The notes under the pieces were generated by a model that worked only from the letters and a program-made list of their open reading frames with translations, was not told the DNA's origin and did not search any database. DNA of 64,000 nt from Trichosphaerium sp. ATCC 40318 (lineage: Eukaryota; Protista; Tubulinea). The stretch lies in the NCBI GenBank assembly GCA_038496445.1, contig JALMLS010000374.1:222004-286003 (forward strand). Direction: 5' to 3'. Positions 51,489-63,786 of the stretch are shown one piece after another; within the stretch, counting starts at the first letter, position 1, and each line of letters opens with the position of its first letter. The position numbers and the translations under genes are program-made.

Positions 51489-52120
51489 TACAACTGGTTG
51501 TTTTGTCTTTAAGTGTTTTTTCATAAATCTGCAATTGTCTGGTTCATCAGACTTTACTCTAGCAACAAATTACAGCTTAAATAGAGCGAACAAGTACTAG
51601 ACAATTTGCTAGCAAACGTTCGTATCCTTTGACATAGCTTCATAAGATGGGAGCCTCTGACAAATCATTCATTGGCAAATTGTTTTTGACTTGTTGCCAG
51701 GCCATGCACGTTTAAAATAAAAACGTCATACAAAAACCTTGAGTAGTCAACATCCCCACTTTGCCCCGGGGTTATGTATCTACGTTGGCTATTTTGGCCA
51801 GCAACGAGTAGTTTAGTGCACATGCTCTTTAGTTTCAAAGAAGGATGACACAAAACTGTCAAGACAGCATACGACAGAAGTTGATAGTAAACGTTACATA
51901 TTTTATTCACTGTCACTATCTTCTTTGTAGAATTTGATAGTATACAACTTGAACTGTTGCATTGCATCTTCAAAGATACACCCTGAGCTTAAATTACCCT
52001 TCAATCTATCAAAATCAACTGCAGCTTCAATATTGAATAAAACAAGGTTACAGATTACAAACTGCTTCGAATTGACATTTCCTAATAAAACATAGTGTCA
52101 GTTCCAATACTGCTTTTATT

Positions 52121-53276
52121 CTAAAGCATCTTACCTATTATCAATGAATAGTCACCTAGTTGCATGAAGGTAACCTTAAATCTTTCATTACTACGGCCTT
52201 CAAAGTAGGCTATTCTATTTCTATTGGCGCTATCTTCAAAACAAACTAGCCTTCGAACTTTGCTAACTTGTACCCTTCTTTGGCGCCACCTACCAGTCTT
52301 CTCATATGCCTCATGTATTGATTTAATATAATCCTTCAAAGTACTCTCTGGGTAATGCTTAATCTCATTACCAACGAAAGATGGTATGTCTGGGTTAATA
52401 AATCTTGTCCAAACACCTGGAAACTCATCAAGATCTTGACCATCAAGCTCAGAAAAAATGAAATCCCAATCCATGTTAAGTTGTACAGGTCGATCTTTGA
52501 GTAAATTCAACATACGTGCAGCCATCTCAGCGGCTTTTGGGTTGTGCTTAAATACTGTTTTTAACACTAGCCCAGAGATATGACAATCTGCAAGAAGCTC
52601 TTCAAGTCTAGGCTCTTTGTCATTCTCTTCATCACAAGGACGCTCTTCAGGTTCTGAAGTATCTTCGTATGCTACACTATTATATCTGTTAGCGGCGAGA
52701 TTAGATAAATATAGCAGTATGATGTTGTACTATGCTCCTTGCTTCACAGCACGTGTAGGTAAAGCCTCAATGAATATTCGCCTTTTTCCTTTTGGAACAA
52801 GAACTATTGGTCTAACACCTTTATAAAAGTCCAAGAATATTTCAGCATTCCTGCCACGGTAAACCTTTCCAGTGCTAGTTACGACCAATATGTCTGTGCC
52901 CTCCCTGTTTGCATTAGAAATAAGATACACACGATTGTGAAAAGGAAGAAAAGTACGAAGAATATTACGAATGTGACAGTTCCTAGCTGATGCTTAAACA
53001 CCTTGGTTGACAGCCGTGATGTGACAAAAAAATTCCACAACCTCTAACATTGAACGTACAACACAGCTTCTCTTTTAGTGAGCAGGTAGTAGCACTTTGC
53101 GTTTTCATCAGAACACTAAACAAACTTGAATACAAGCAACACCAAAAACAGGCTTAGACGTTTACCTTTTGCTGTATGACTTCTTTAACAGTTGAATCAG
53201 CTACCACTAGTATCTGTTTAAAGCGATGTGGGTTTGTTTCTATCGGGACTGGTGGTGTCCGTCTTCTTGCTGGCAT
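52121..53276 (-). CDS. Hypothetical protein, 4 exons
   Basis: ATG 53276 MPARRRTPP; GT-AG joins link ORF pieces 52730-52930 and 52121-52567 in frame. Confidence 0.6.
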
Positions 53277-53440
53277 TGTAATGTAGTATGTTGTTTTTCC
53301 ACAAAAATGAAGTCAACACCAAGCTTGTGCTCGTCACCGAAAACACAATTTAATTTTTTCGAAGAAAAGAAGGCTGTTGGTTAACAACCTGTATCTCATT
53401 AAAACTGAAATTAAGATATTACATTGCAACCTTTCCTCAG

Positions 53441-53996
53441 TTATCTCTTTACGTACTATCGGACATATATGTCCAATTTAAGGAATAGTGCTCCTTAAAA
53501 AGAATAAAACGTTTGTATATCTATACATAACGCTTTCTAAGCTAATAGAATGAATATGGGAAGCTAAGTATGAAGAACAACGTTTAAAAAACTGTTAGCT
53601 CAAGCAGTTTACCATTTCTTGTTTCTCAGCTGTTGTGTTTGTATTATTAAAGCACTTATAAAAGAAAACAAACGAGTTGGAGAGTACAAACCTAATTTAG
53701 CAATTTTCGCTGTTGAGTACTGGACTATTTTTTTAATTTAAACTGCTTGTTTGTACGTGAAATCACATTGCGCTTCTATTCCAAGCAATCCCTTACTCAT
53801 CCATGAACTGAATTCCAAGATCCCTGAATAACAAATTGCAAAATAGGCAAATGAAGTCATAAATCACGTGAGATGCCTCACGAGTATAATCAACATGTAC
53901 CAAAAAAATAATAAATAAATATTAGCTACATGGCTCGTCATTGGTAACAACTATTTCTGGACATATATGTCCAATGCCAGGGTTTTAAAGAGATAA
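53441..53996. mobile_element. Non-autonomous piggyBac-like element (terminal IR + asymmetric spacer + palindromic subterminal repeat)
   Basis: TTATCTCTTTA (53441-53451) and TAAAGAGATAA (53986-53996); palindrome GGACATATATGTCC at 53461-53474 and 53959-53972 after 9- and 13-bp spacers. Confidence 0.7.
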
Positions 53997-54068
53997 TAAA
54001 CTGGTGACAACCTCCGAACCCATAACCAACAAAAACACAAAGTTATGAAAAAAAGTATTGATGTGTTT

Positions 54069-56586
54069 TTATAAAGAATCAACGTTTGGTTCAGGATCAT
54101 TTATAGCAGAGTACTCAACTGGTTCAATGCCCGGCGTTCTATTATTCATCTTCTTTATGCAATATCCACATACAACATCACGTGATATATAACCTTTGAC
54201 ATAAATCAGTAAACCAAACAAAAAAATTCTTGGTCCTATACAGTACCTAAAAACACAAGAACGCCAACAAGAAGTATTGACACGAGCACTGCAACAACCC
54301 ATTGTTCTACTAAGCAATAATTTGTTCCTTCGTATGAAGTTAATCCAAAAGCACACTTGCGACACTCCATGCCAACTTGCTTATGGCCTAATGTGGAACA
54401 AACAGTAAGTCCTCCATTTTTACAAAAAAAAAAAAGGCAATGTGCTTACCGGCAGGGCAAGGCTTGCATTCAGTCAAATATTCGTTGTGTATATATCCAT
54501 CAGGGCATCCTAAGCATTCTAATGACCCTCTATATTTTATGAGCCCACGTGGATTCCATTATGAGAAACAACGCACGTGGTATTTGCGACAAATCCGTGG
54601 CTACATCGTGAACAATTTGAAGCTCCTGTAGAATTTGAATAAAACCCAATTTCACATGCATTACAAGTAGCTTGTGCTGTTGAATTTGCATAAAATCCAG
54701 GCAAACAAGGTTCGCATTCCAAAAGATGATACAAACTGAATTCTCCGAGTTCGTTGCAAGTACCTAAAAAAATATGATTAGCCGATGTGGTTTTTTGGGT
54801 TATTTGTTTGTCTGGTACCCATTGGTTCAAAATTTAGTCCTGTCAAGTTGAACATGATTATATCGAGGTGATCTTGGTAATCTTTGATTTTGATTGGTGG
54901 ATCAGGCTCTGATTTCTTGAAGAGAAAAAAGTTAGATTAGTCTAAATAAGTGGTTTCTGTTTATGCGAAGGTACCTCTGTATTATTTAAGAAAGACACGT
55001 TTTTCACAACTATCGGGAAGAAACCTTCTGAGTTCAAAGTATAGTTTGGACTTATTTGGATAAGATGTAATGGAACTCTAAGTTAGGAATGTCTTAGTTA
55101 AATATGAAACAAAAAAAAAAAAGAAAATACTTACTCATTATCTTCAAAAGTAGTATATTCCATCGCGAACTCATGTGGATGAGAAGAGTCTACACCGAGT
55201 GTAACATTGAGAACAGGACCCTTAATTAAACAACAAAGTGAGCTACAAGATAAAAAGCTTTAACGTACAGTACACGCTTTGCAATCATCGATACTAGAGT
55301 CAATCATCCTGAAAATATTTGCACTTACAGTAAATCGAGATCCCTTAGCATGAACACGTGACATCGAAACGATCTTCGCTACAGAAAGTTTACACGAAAA
55401 AACAACACGGTTTTCTTTGTTTTATGTACCATTTAAAGTGGTGTGGGATGCTGAATTGATTGTAATGTTTTCAACGTTTAACGAATGAAACTCTACAAAA
55501 AATCACTGTTAGTATGATTGAACTTTTGATTTAAAACCTTTATCTATGCACATACGTGGTACGCTGAATCCTTTACTTAGACCTAAAGAGCATGAAGTGA
55601 CATTAATGTGACCAGTGAGAAGAGACTGAGAGGCAACTAAAGATTCTTTAGTAATAGAACTAAATCCATAAAAAAAACTCAAAAAAAATACTCACCACCC
55701 CATTCACCGTCTTTAAAAGTGCAATCCGTAAAGGATATTTCTAGTGGCGTTTCTCCAGCTACCGAGAAGAATCCAGTAACGCCTACAACCAATTTTCAAT
55801 GAGAAATCTACAAAACAAGAGTTGAAAAGCTTCAGTTTCTAACCATTTACATAAAGTCTCAAGTCATTGAAATTAAGAAAAGTCTAACGAACAAAAACCG
55901 TTAATGTACAATTACAACGCTTTCGTTAAAGCGTACCACTTCATTCTTGAAGTTAATAACGCCTGCTGCATAACCTTTCGTGTTGGTAAGCGAAGGAACA
56001 TAATTGATTTAGTACCAAGATTATCTTCTGCTCCAATAGGTGTAATGTAGATTATATCTATCTTTCCATGCCCAGTTGTCCATACAACATTACTCTCCGA
56101 CTCCGAATAGTCGTATTCGCCCGCTGTATAACGATTTTGAGTGACGTAGTACGAGAGAAAAGAGTATTGCTACAAAAACACCAAAAAAAGATAATAAATT
56201 TGTTGAGGGTGAACACGTGCCTTGAGCGCATATATGCCACTCAACTTGGTTTTGGTAGATAGGTATAGCATTAAACCCTCTTCTTAGGGTATGGTAAGGA
56301 CTGTCAATAGTTCCATTACCCTTAATACAAAGAATCAACGCCAAGGGAACGTAGTTGTTCTTATTTTTTGACTATCGGCCAAATACGCCATTTTTGACAA
56401 ACAATGGCATTTTTTTCACTAGACGTACCTTGGTGTCGCTTCCCGTAGGCGAAATATAGCTATCACATACAGCGCTGTCGACTGTTATTATCTTCTAAAC
56501 GATATTATGCTAAAAACGTAAAACATTATCACGTGTACCCCTATACATACTAGAACAAGACCCACAACGATTAATTTACGTATCAT
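54069..56586 (-). CDS. Type I membrane protein: DUF1565-like/beta-helix ectodomain + GCC2/ephrin-receptor-like Cys-rich repeats, multi-exon
   Basis: Signal MIRKLIVVGLVLVCIG; YISPTGSDTK|GNGTIDSPYHTL; CEPCLPGFYANSTAQATCNACEIGFYS...CSRCSHGF...CKPCPA; TM segment then short tail ending NVDSL*; GC donor at 56220. Confidence 0.75.
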
Positions 56587-58397
56587 TACGACAAAACGAG
56601 TTGTCGGTACTGTTGCCGCTTAGTTGAAGAACAAAATTTGACGTTTTTGAAACTTTTTAACGAAAACCAGGCCAAAATTCTACCTAGCCTTGTACACCAT
56701 GATTCGTCGCCGTGGCTTGCGTGGACAAACGTTGTAGACGCCAATAAACAAATATGAAAAATTTTGCTTTATCCTCATCTAACAGCGAGACTTGGAGTTT
56801 GTTGCTTCATAATAGTGCTGGGGGCGTACGTTGGAGACAAGCGTTCGGGTTTTTATTAGCATTGGTAGCATACATAGATTTGTTTTCTTATAGAGTACAA
56901 GGTCGCTAAATCACCAATTTATAGAGTATTGCTCCTCCTTGAGCGTGTTATTCTGTTGTTTTATAGGATTTTTCTCCCCTGTGAGTAAAACTACGAGCCC
57001 TCTAACACAGGATGAGACTATGTTGGTTCTACGTGTCTACTTAGTATTTAGACAAAAAAAATGCGTGAATGTTGTTTTGGCTTACCGTGTCAAAACGTAC
57101 CAAGAAGCGCAAGCCATACAGCAAGAAGCAACTGAATTGGCATGAAGCCTGTTAATAATCGTATAAAGTTCGCTCTACAAAGTTATAAGCATTTTTAATT
57201 ACTTCGTAGTGAAATCACTGTTTAGAAATTGCTGGTTGTATCTCTCCGGTTACTGCGATAGTATTTTTTTTACGTTTGTCCAAGCTTAAAACTCCATGTG
57301 TACCTTCTCATTGTAGCAAAGCATACTGTTGTTGATGTATTGTTGCTTCTATTGAACTTGAAAGCACTAGCTATGTCTTTTCCGAAAAACTGCAATGGCG
57401 ATTGGTATGAAGGAGTAAAACGCGTGTTGTTTACTACAACGTTGTTTTTCTTCTGTGTCTGCGTTTTAATCGACTTCTTTTCGGTTGTAACCTTGCTGGT
57501 GGCATTTTTCCGCCTACCGGCGAGGAATCTACGTGGTAGCATTCAAGAAAACTCGAAACAGCGTACTATACCAGTAATGTGTTTAAAGCTTTGAGCGTAA
57601 ATCAGTTTTCATACCCAAAATCCTTCACAATAAAACCCACAACGATGAAGCTAGCAACACCAGTACCCTATATAAATGACCTAGAGCACCTCCATGTAGT
57701 TCCTACATCCTCTGTATTGCCTTCCGCATTCCACTACGTACAACAGAGATCACGCGGCCGTGTTTTCCCTTGTAACTCACCGCTGGCGTTACCAGGTTCC
57801 GATGTGTTATGCGTGCCAAGCCAACGGAGTATACGACGTCAAACAAGAGCTTCAAAGAACAAAAGAAGCATGGTACGCATGACTCAGCGGCAGCTAGATA
57901 ATCGCACACATCAATAGTGTTTTTTACAGAAGCGCTTACATAATTCTGGTAGATACGCCGCAGCTCGCGTCTACAGCTCAAAGAGTCACCTAGAAAGCGA
58001 TTTAAAAAGGCAGAGGTTAAAATTATATCGCAACTTGACACGGTACGCCAAAAAGTCATCAAGCTTTTGCTACGGCCAAAGCGCTGGTCGAGGGTTCACT
58101 CTGGCCAAATTATCCAAGAACCTTCAAAAAAACTTTTCTACGATCTACGTTGGCGCATCAAAAACCACATTTCAGTCTTAAACAAGCGTAGTCGTATCGT
58201 TTTTGTACATCGCCCATGAAAAGAACCAAAGCGTACTTTGCTTTTAGCTGAACGAGCTTTTGATAGCGTCATATCTATCACAACGCGCTCTTGATAGACG
58301 CGAAGCGTAGAAAAACTAATAATAGAAGTATTTTTCCTGTCGCCTTTTTTTTCACCGAGTTTTTCTTTTTCTTTCCTTTCTCACTTTTTCTCTGCAG

Positions 58398-59990
58398 GAT
58401 TATGCTAATGAAGATGTATTACTAGTAAACCATGTTCTTCTTTTACTTCCTGTTGAGATATGGGAGCATGTATTTAAGAGTCTGAACTATAAAGGGCTCC
58501 AAGCAATTGGTTGTACATGCGGTACATTGTGCTCTATAAGTAGGAGTAGTTCACTTTGGAGAGAAAGATGGAAGACACTTTTTCTCGAGAAACATTCTCT
58601 TGATTGGACAAAAAATGTTGATAGTTTGTCAATTGTTTCACTTGATATAGATGACAGAACACCTTTATGGAAAGGTGTGAGTACATCTAGATGGGTTCTT
58701 ATTACTGCATCTTGAAGATATTCACGTGACAGAAAAAGAAACCACCTTAACCACCAAATTGTATTCTAGTGTAAAAAAGTAATAGAAATAATAACTATTT
58801 TGAAATTCCTCCAAGTTTTTTTTATCACGTGTCACAGACGGGTTAAATTTGAGCGTGAGCGATATCAAGGGCTTTACAGAATTATGTCACGACATTCTCG
58901 CGTGCGCTCGCACGTGCAAGGTGATGCTAAGGTCTCATACACGAAGGACATTACGCGGAGCCCGAAATCAGTGAAGGCGAGTTTTCTTTTATAGTCAAAA
59001 AGGGCGTGATGGCGACGACATCTCCCTCTGGTGATATAATATCACTTGTAAAGAGAATATCTTCATTAGACGCTGTTCAGAAAGGAAATGTAACGGAACT
59101 TGGTAACGTTTAAAACAAATTAGATTAAAACTCATACAGAGCAGATTTCGTAAAGTATTGCAAGTCCCTGGCTACGAAGGAGCTAACTTTAGAGCAAATA
59201 CATAAATTATTCTTAATGATAGATAAGGACCATACAGTACGCGCTTTCTATGCGTCTAAACTCCGTTTATGACGTTAAAAAAATTATTGATTCCAACCGA
59301 TTTAAAAGGGTAAAATCAACGTTGGCCATTTTCTCAGTTATTTGACAGCAATATCATCTGGAAGCTTCAAAGACAAAGCTACAAGTACGTGGGGTTATTT
59401 CAGTAGTGTTTAGAGCGACCTGAAAACCGCTCGTCAACACGTGGTTCCAAATGTATTGTTTGTTTTCAGTTGTGGACGACTTGCTTATGTTTGTAGCTGT
59501 GTTTAACGCTATAGATGAAGATGGTAGTGGGTTATTAACACGTGATGAAGTTTATAAAGGTTGCATGTCTGTATTTTTGAATAACATCGATCTGTCTCAG
59601 AGTGAGGTTTGAAGTAGTTTGTGAATTTGATGCTTCGAATTGACCTCATTAAAAAAACTCACTATTATGCTTGTTAGGAGATTAACATTTGCTTGCGTGA
59701 TAGTATGGGTATCCCAATAGAAGAAAAAGGACAAAACAAACTCAGAGAATCCCAAGTCATTCGTGCCAACCAACGTGCAAGAGTTGAAGCAGGACTACAA
59801 CGGTGAGGATCTTATTTAAAAGATTTTTCTATTTTTGAAAGGTTTTTTTTATCAACACGTGACAGATTCTTTTAGTATATTTAAAGCAGATGATAACAAT
59901 GACGGTAAAATATCGTTGGAGGAGTTTTTACTACATGCACAAGAAAACCCTGCTTTGAAAGCGATTGTTGATTTCTACTATGACTTCTGA
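58398..59990 (+). CDS. F-box + EF-hand (calcineurin-B/NCS-like) protein, multi-exon; first exon not resolved
   Basis: LLPVEIWEHVFKSLNYKGLQAIGCTC...SSLWRE F-box; LFLMIDKDHT, LTAISSGSFKDK, FNAIDEDGSGLLTRDE, DDNNDGKISLEEF. Confidence 0.75.
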
Positions 59991-60394
59991 TTGTTTTCAA
60001 GCACCAGTAGGTCCGCCAACTGGGCGTAATAGAAAACAAATGTTTGGCAAACAAGATATTTTTTCTTTTCCCCACATTGTTTTAGTTGAGAAGTGAACTT
60101 GAGTGCAATAGGTCTGTGATAACAATATGTGTTGTACAGTATGTAGTCGTTCAAAATAGTTTATTCATTAATAACAGACTGCTAGGCAGCTTAAGTCATA
60201 AATAGTACATCTTTTGTTGCCTCCGTCTTGAGTGTTTTGCGACTAGTCAAGTGCTTCAATTGTTAAACCTCGGTGCTAATAAAAATAACGTGAGGTCTTC
60301 TAGTGATCATTGACACGCTCAACTGTTATGCATAAAATAGTGGAAACTGTCACTTGTAGCAAGGTCTGAAAAGCTTTTATTATTTTTTTGAAAA

Positions 60395-61620
60395 TTACAT
60401 TCTTAATCCAAGGTATTTGTATCCTTCTTCTGTGACTTTAGTTCTTTTAGCATACAGTTTTTCAATACCAATAAGCGGCTTAATACCCTCATCTGAAACA
60501 TTTGAGCATCCTGATATACATAGATGCTTAACACCAATAAGCTTAGAAACACCAATATCAGTAACATATTGACAAAAAGCAATATCGATTCTAGTAGCAC
60601 CAGCAATAGCCTCAAGTCCTTTGTCTCTTATATAAGTACTGCTCGCTAAAACAATACTGGCACCCTTTAAAGCACAAAAACCTTTATCTGTTATACGACT
60701 ACACCCAGTTATATCTATTTTATAGACACCTGAGAGATGACAAATACCTTCATCTGTAATATTTTTACATCTTGATAAATCTATTGTATGTACGCCAGAT
60801 ATCCATTCAAAATATATTCCTTTTATATTATGACACCAAGATAGATTCAAGTTTTTTACACCTGTAAAAGACTTTATATCCTCATCTTTTATTTGATCAC
60901 AACCACAAAGATCTATTGTATGTATACCACCAAGTGATTTTATAATATCATTTGATAACTTAGAATAAGTTATCTTTATTCTATGTGGTGGCTTAACCAT
61001 TATTTCTCGAATTGCTTCAAGAGTAAGTGTATCACAATGGCTTATTTCTAGATCATGAACACCTGATAATACGCCAATATCATTACCAAGTTTTCTTCCT
61101 TTTAACCGAACAGTTGGTATACCAGCTAATGCTTTTATACCTTCAATAGTAATCTTTCTTATGTTGTCTAAAGTTATGCTTTTTAACCCCTTTAATGACT
61201 TTAATCCTTCATCTGTTATACGTGAGTGACCATGTAGACCTAGATATCTTACTCTTTGATGTGATAGAGCCTTTAAATCATCGTCTGTGAATGGCTTTTC
61301 TTCAAAAGTGAAAACTTCAACTCTTGTATGTTTGATTACTTTTGACTTTTCGAAAAGACGTGCTAGTTCTTCTCTTGATTGTATAAGAACTTTATAAGGT
61401 CCTATATGGTTTTCTATTACTTCACGCATCAGTTTACACGTCAGGATAGCGTTAAAACGCGAGTGGTTCAGCGTTAGAATGTGCGCTAATATTTCGTTTG
61501 GAAGGTCCAGAATATTACTAACAAGCAGTTCACTAGCATATAACGTTAGATTGCGGCTTTTAGACAGTCTTGTTATGAATAGGCGCTTGAGATTCGTTTA
61601 ACATACCTCAATTTGTCCAT
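60395..61620 (-). CDS. F-box + GVHT-type LRR protein with a single 5' intron
   Basis: MDKLS, intron 61606-61533, then ELLVSNILDLPNEILAHIL...AILTCKLM, continuing into ORF 60395-61429 with ITDEG..LSGVHTIDL repeats. Confidence 0.85.
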
Positions 61621-62072
61621 TTAAGATCAATTTGGTGTAGTTTGCTGATTTGGTGTATTTATGGCACGTGTAAACACAAAATGATAATTTTATTGCGTAT
61701 TCAAGGCTGACAATTTTTTGCGCAAAGTCGCCAATAGTAAAACATTCGACACTCACTTGGTATCTTTACGAGTACTCGAAAATGAAGTAGCTCTTTCCAT
61801 CAAAGAAATTGAAGTGTTTTGGGCGACCCTCATTGTTCTGGAGAATCAAGTAAACAATAGCACTTGCCTATCGAACAAAACGTGATAAAATGCCCTACAA
61901 CTTTTTTTATATTTGGGTCTGCCCAACGGATGGTGCTATGCCATTGAACGTAGTCTCCTAACTTGAAGGGCCCAAGGTGCAGCAGATGGTGAGGATTTAC
62001 GTTGTCTTTTCGGTCAAACTTCCTCCTAACATCACACTAACGGTTTACTTTCTGTTGAAGGCTCCTGCATAG

Positions 62073-63738
62073 ATGGCTTCCTCTGAATCCTTTTTGGAGC
62101 GTTATTTGGCAAAAGCAAAGGCGTTTGGCGAAGAATATAGTACATACGCACGCTTCGACGATGACAGAGAGGTTCGTACTTGTTTTTGGGGAAAAACGGC
62201 ATTGCTGTTGATTGTCTTACTCTGTTAGCCTGATGCGCCAATTGGAGATTTAATGTATCCAGAGCTTGATGTACCCTTAGATAATGAAGGATACTGCGTT
62301 AGTTGGCCAAGTAACAAGGAGAAGGAGATTAAGCAGTTTTTTTCTAAATACGGGTTTGTTGTTGTACGCAATGTACTCACAGAACAGGAGGTATGAAGGA
62401 AAAAAAGTTTTTTGCCGTTTCAGAAAAGCTGTCGCCATTTTTTCTCAAAAACAAAAAGCAAAAAAACTGACGAGAAAAAGGTCTCAAACAGTGTCTCAGA
62501 CATTTGGACACAACTCGAGACTGGAAAGTTTGATCAACCTACTGAGCTTGATATTAAAATAAACAGAAATGATCCATCCACGTGGGGTATAGAGTCCGGA
62601 TGGCCTGCTTTCTTTACAAACTTGGTATGGTTCTCTTTAAAAACGTGTTTTTTTCATTAACCTTTGGTGGTTTTTTAGGGTTTTTTGGGACAACCAAGGA
62701 CGAAACAACTGTGGATGAATCGTGTTAATGAGAACATATATAACTCGTTTAAAACTGTTATTGGTAATCCGAATTTATGGGTTGCTATAGAGCAGATAGG
62801 AGCCATGAGACCAACAAAGGTAAACTTTTTAAATGACTAATAAATAACGTGTTTGTTTAAGGGAATTTCTGCGGTGCCTCTAGAACCCAATAATTCAAGA
62901 GTAAACGCTAGTCCTAAGATAGGAACAGGTGCTATTGATAAGAAAGACTGGGTGTCAACGAAAGGATCAGATTGGATACACTGGGATCTTAATCCTTGTA
63001 CAAGTTTCAGCATTTTTTGTGTTTTGCTAACTCAAACAAAGGGAAATGGACGACAGGCCAAGGGATGGACTATGCGTTTACTGACTTTTCTACTGAAAAT
63101 AATGGAGTAAAAAAAGGAAAGTATGTAAAGGTGCAAGGAGTGTTAAACCTTGGTGCTTCTTCAAAAGATGATGGTGGCTTTTTTTGTGTACGAAAAATGA
63201 ACTACCCTAAGAATACTTCAAGTGATCAATTGTTTTTAGGTACCAGGCTTTCAAAAATATGTTGCTGATTGGGCACAAAAAACAAAACATACAAGAGCTT
63301 GTAAAAAGAAAGATGATATTCTAGACTTGGTTCATGTCCCTTTATGCACGTGATTTTTTTGTCATTATTCGAAATGTTATTTTTCTTTTTTTTTCTCAAA
63401 GGAATTTTCTTGTTGTCTCCGCCCCGCCACTGTTCTATGATCGTTTAGTAATAGTTTGGTTAGGCGATAAGATTAGGAGCCAAGGTAAAAAGGTCCCAAT
63501 GAGACCAGGGAGTTTATTAATATGGAACTCTGAACTGCCTCATGCTAATTATCCAAACAGCTCAAGTAATTTTCGTTTTGTTCAATACTTCAAAATGTTT
63601 GTTGCAAATCCGGATGCTAAAGGAGTTTCATACAGAAGGAACCTTATTAAAATGAACGTACCGAGAGGTATAGAATTAACGGACTTGGGCAAAAAGTTAT
63701 ACGGGCTAGAATCGTGGTCCAACCAGATAGAACAATAA
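62073..63738 (+). CDS. Phytanoyl-CoA dioxygenase (PhyH)-like 2OG-Fe(II) oxygenase, multi-exon
   Basis: FFSKYGFVVVRNVL, GAMRPTK, WIHWDLNP (HxD), KVQGVLNL..DDGGFF..VPGF, MRPGSLLIWNSELPHANYPN..FRFVQY; GC donor at 63346. Confidence 0.85.
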
Positions 63739-63786
63739 AGACATGCTTCCAAGAGACAAATAAATAGTAACTTAGTTAGTCAATGT

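Noticed and set aside
56700-58380. Overlapping short ORFs on both strands
   Set aside because: I could not build a consistent spliced model or recognise a domain.
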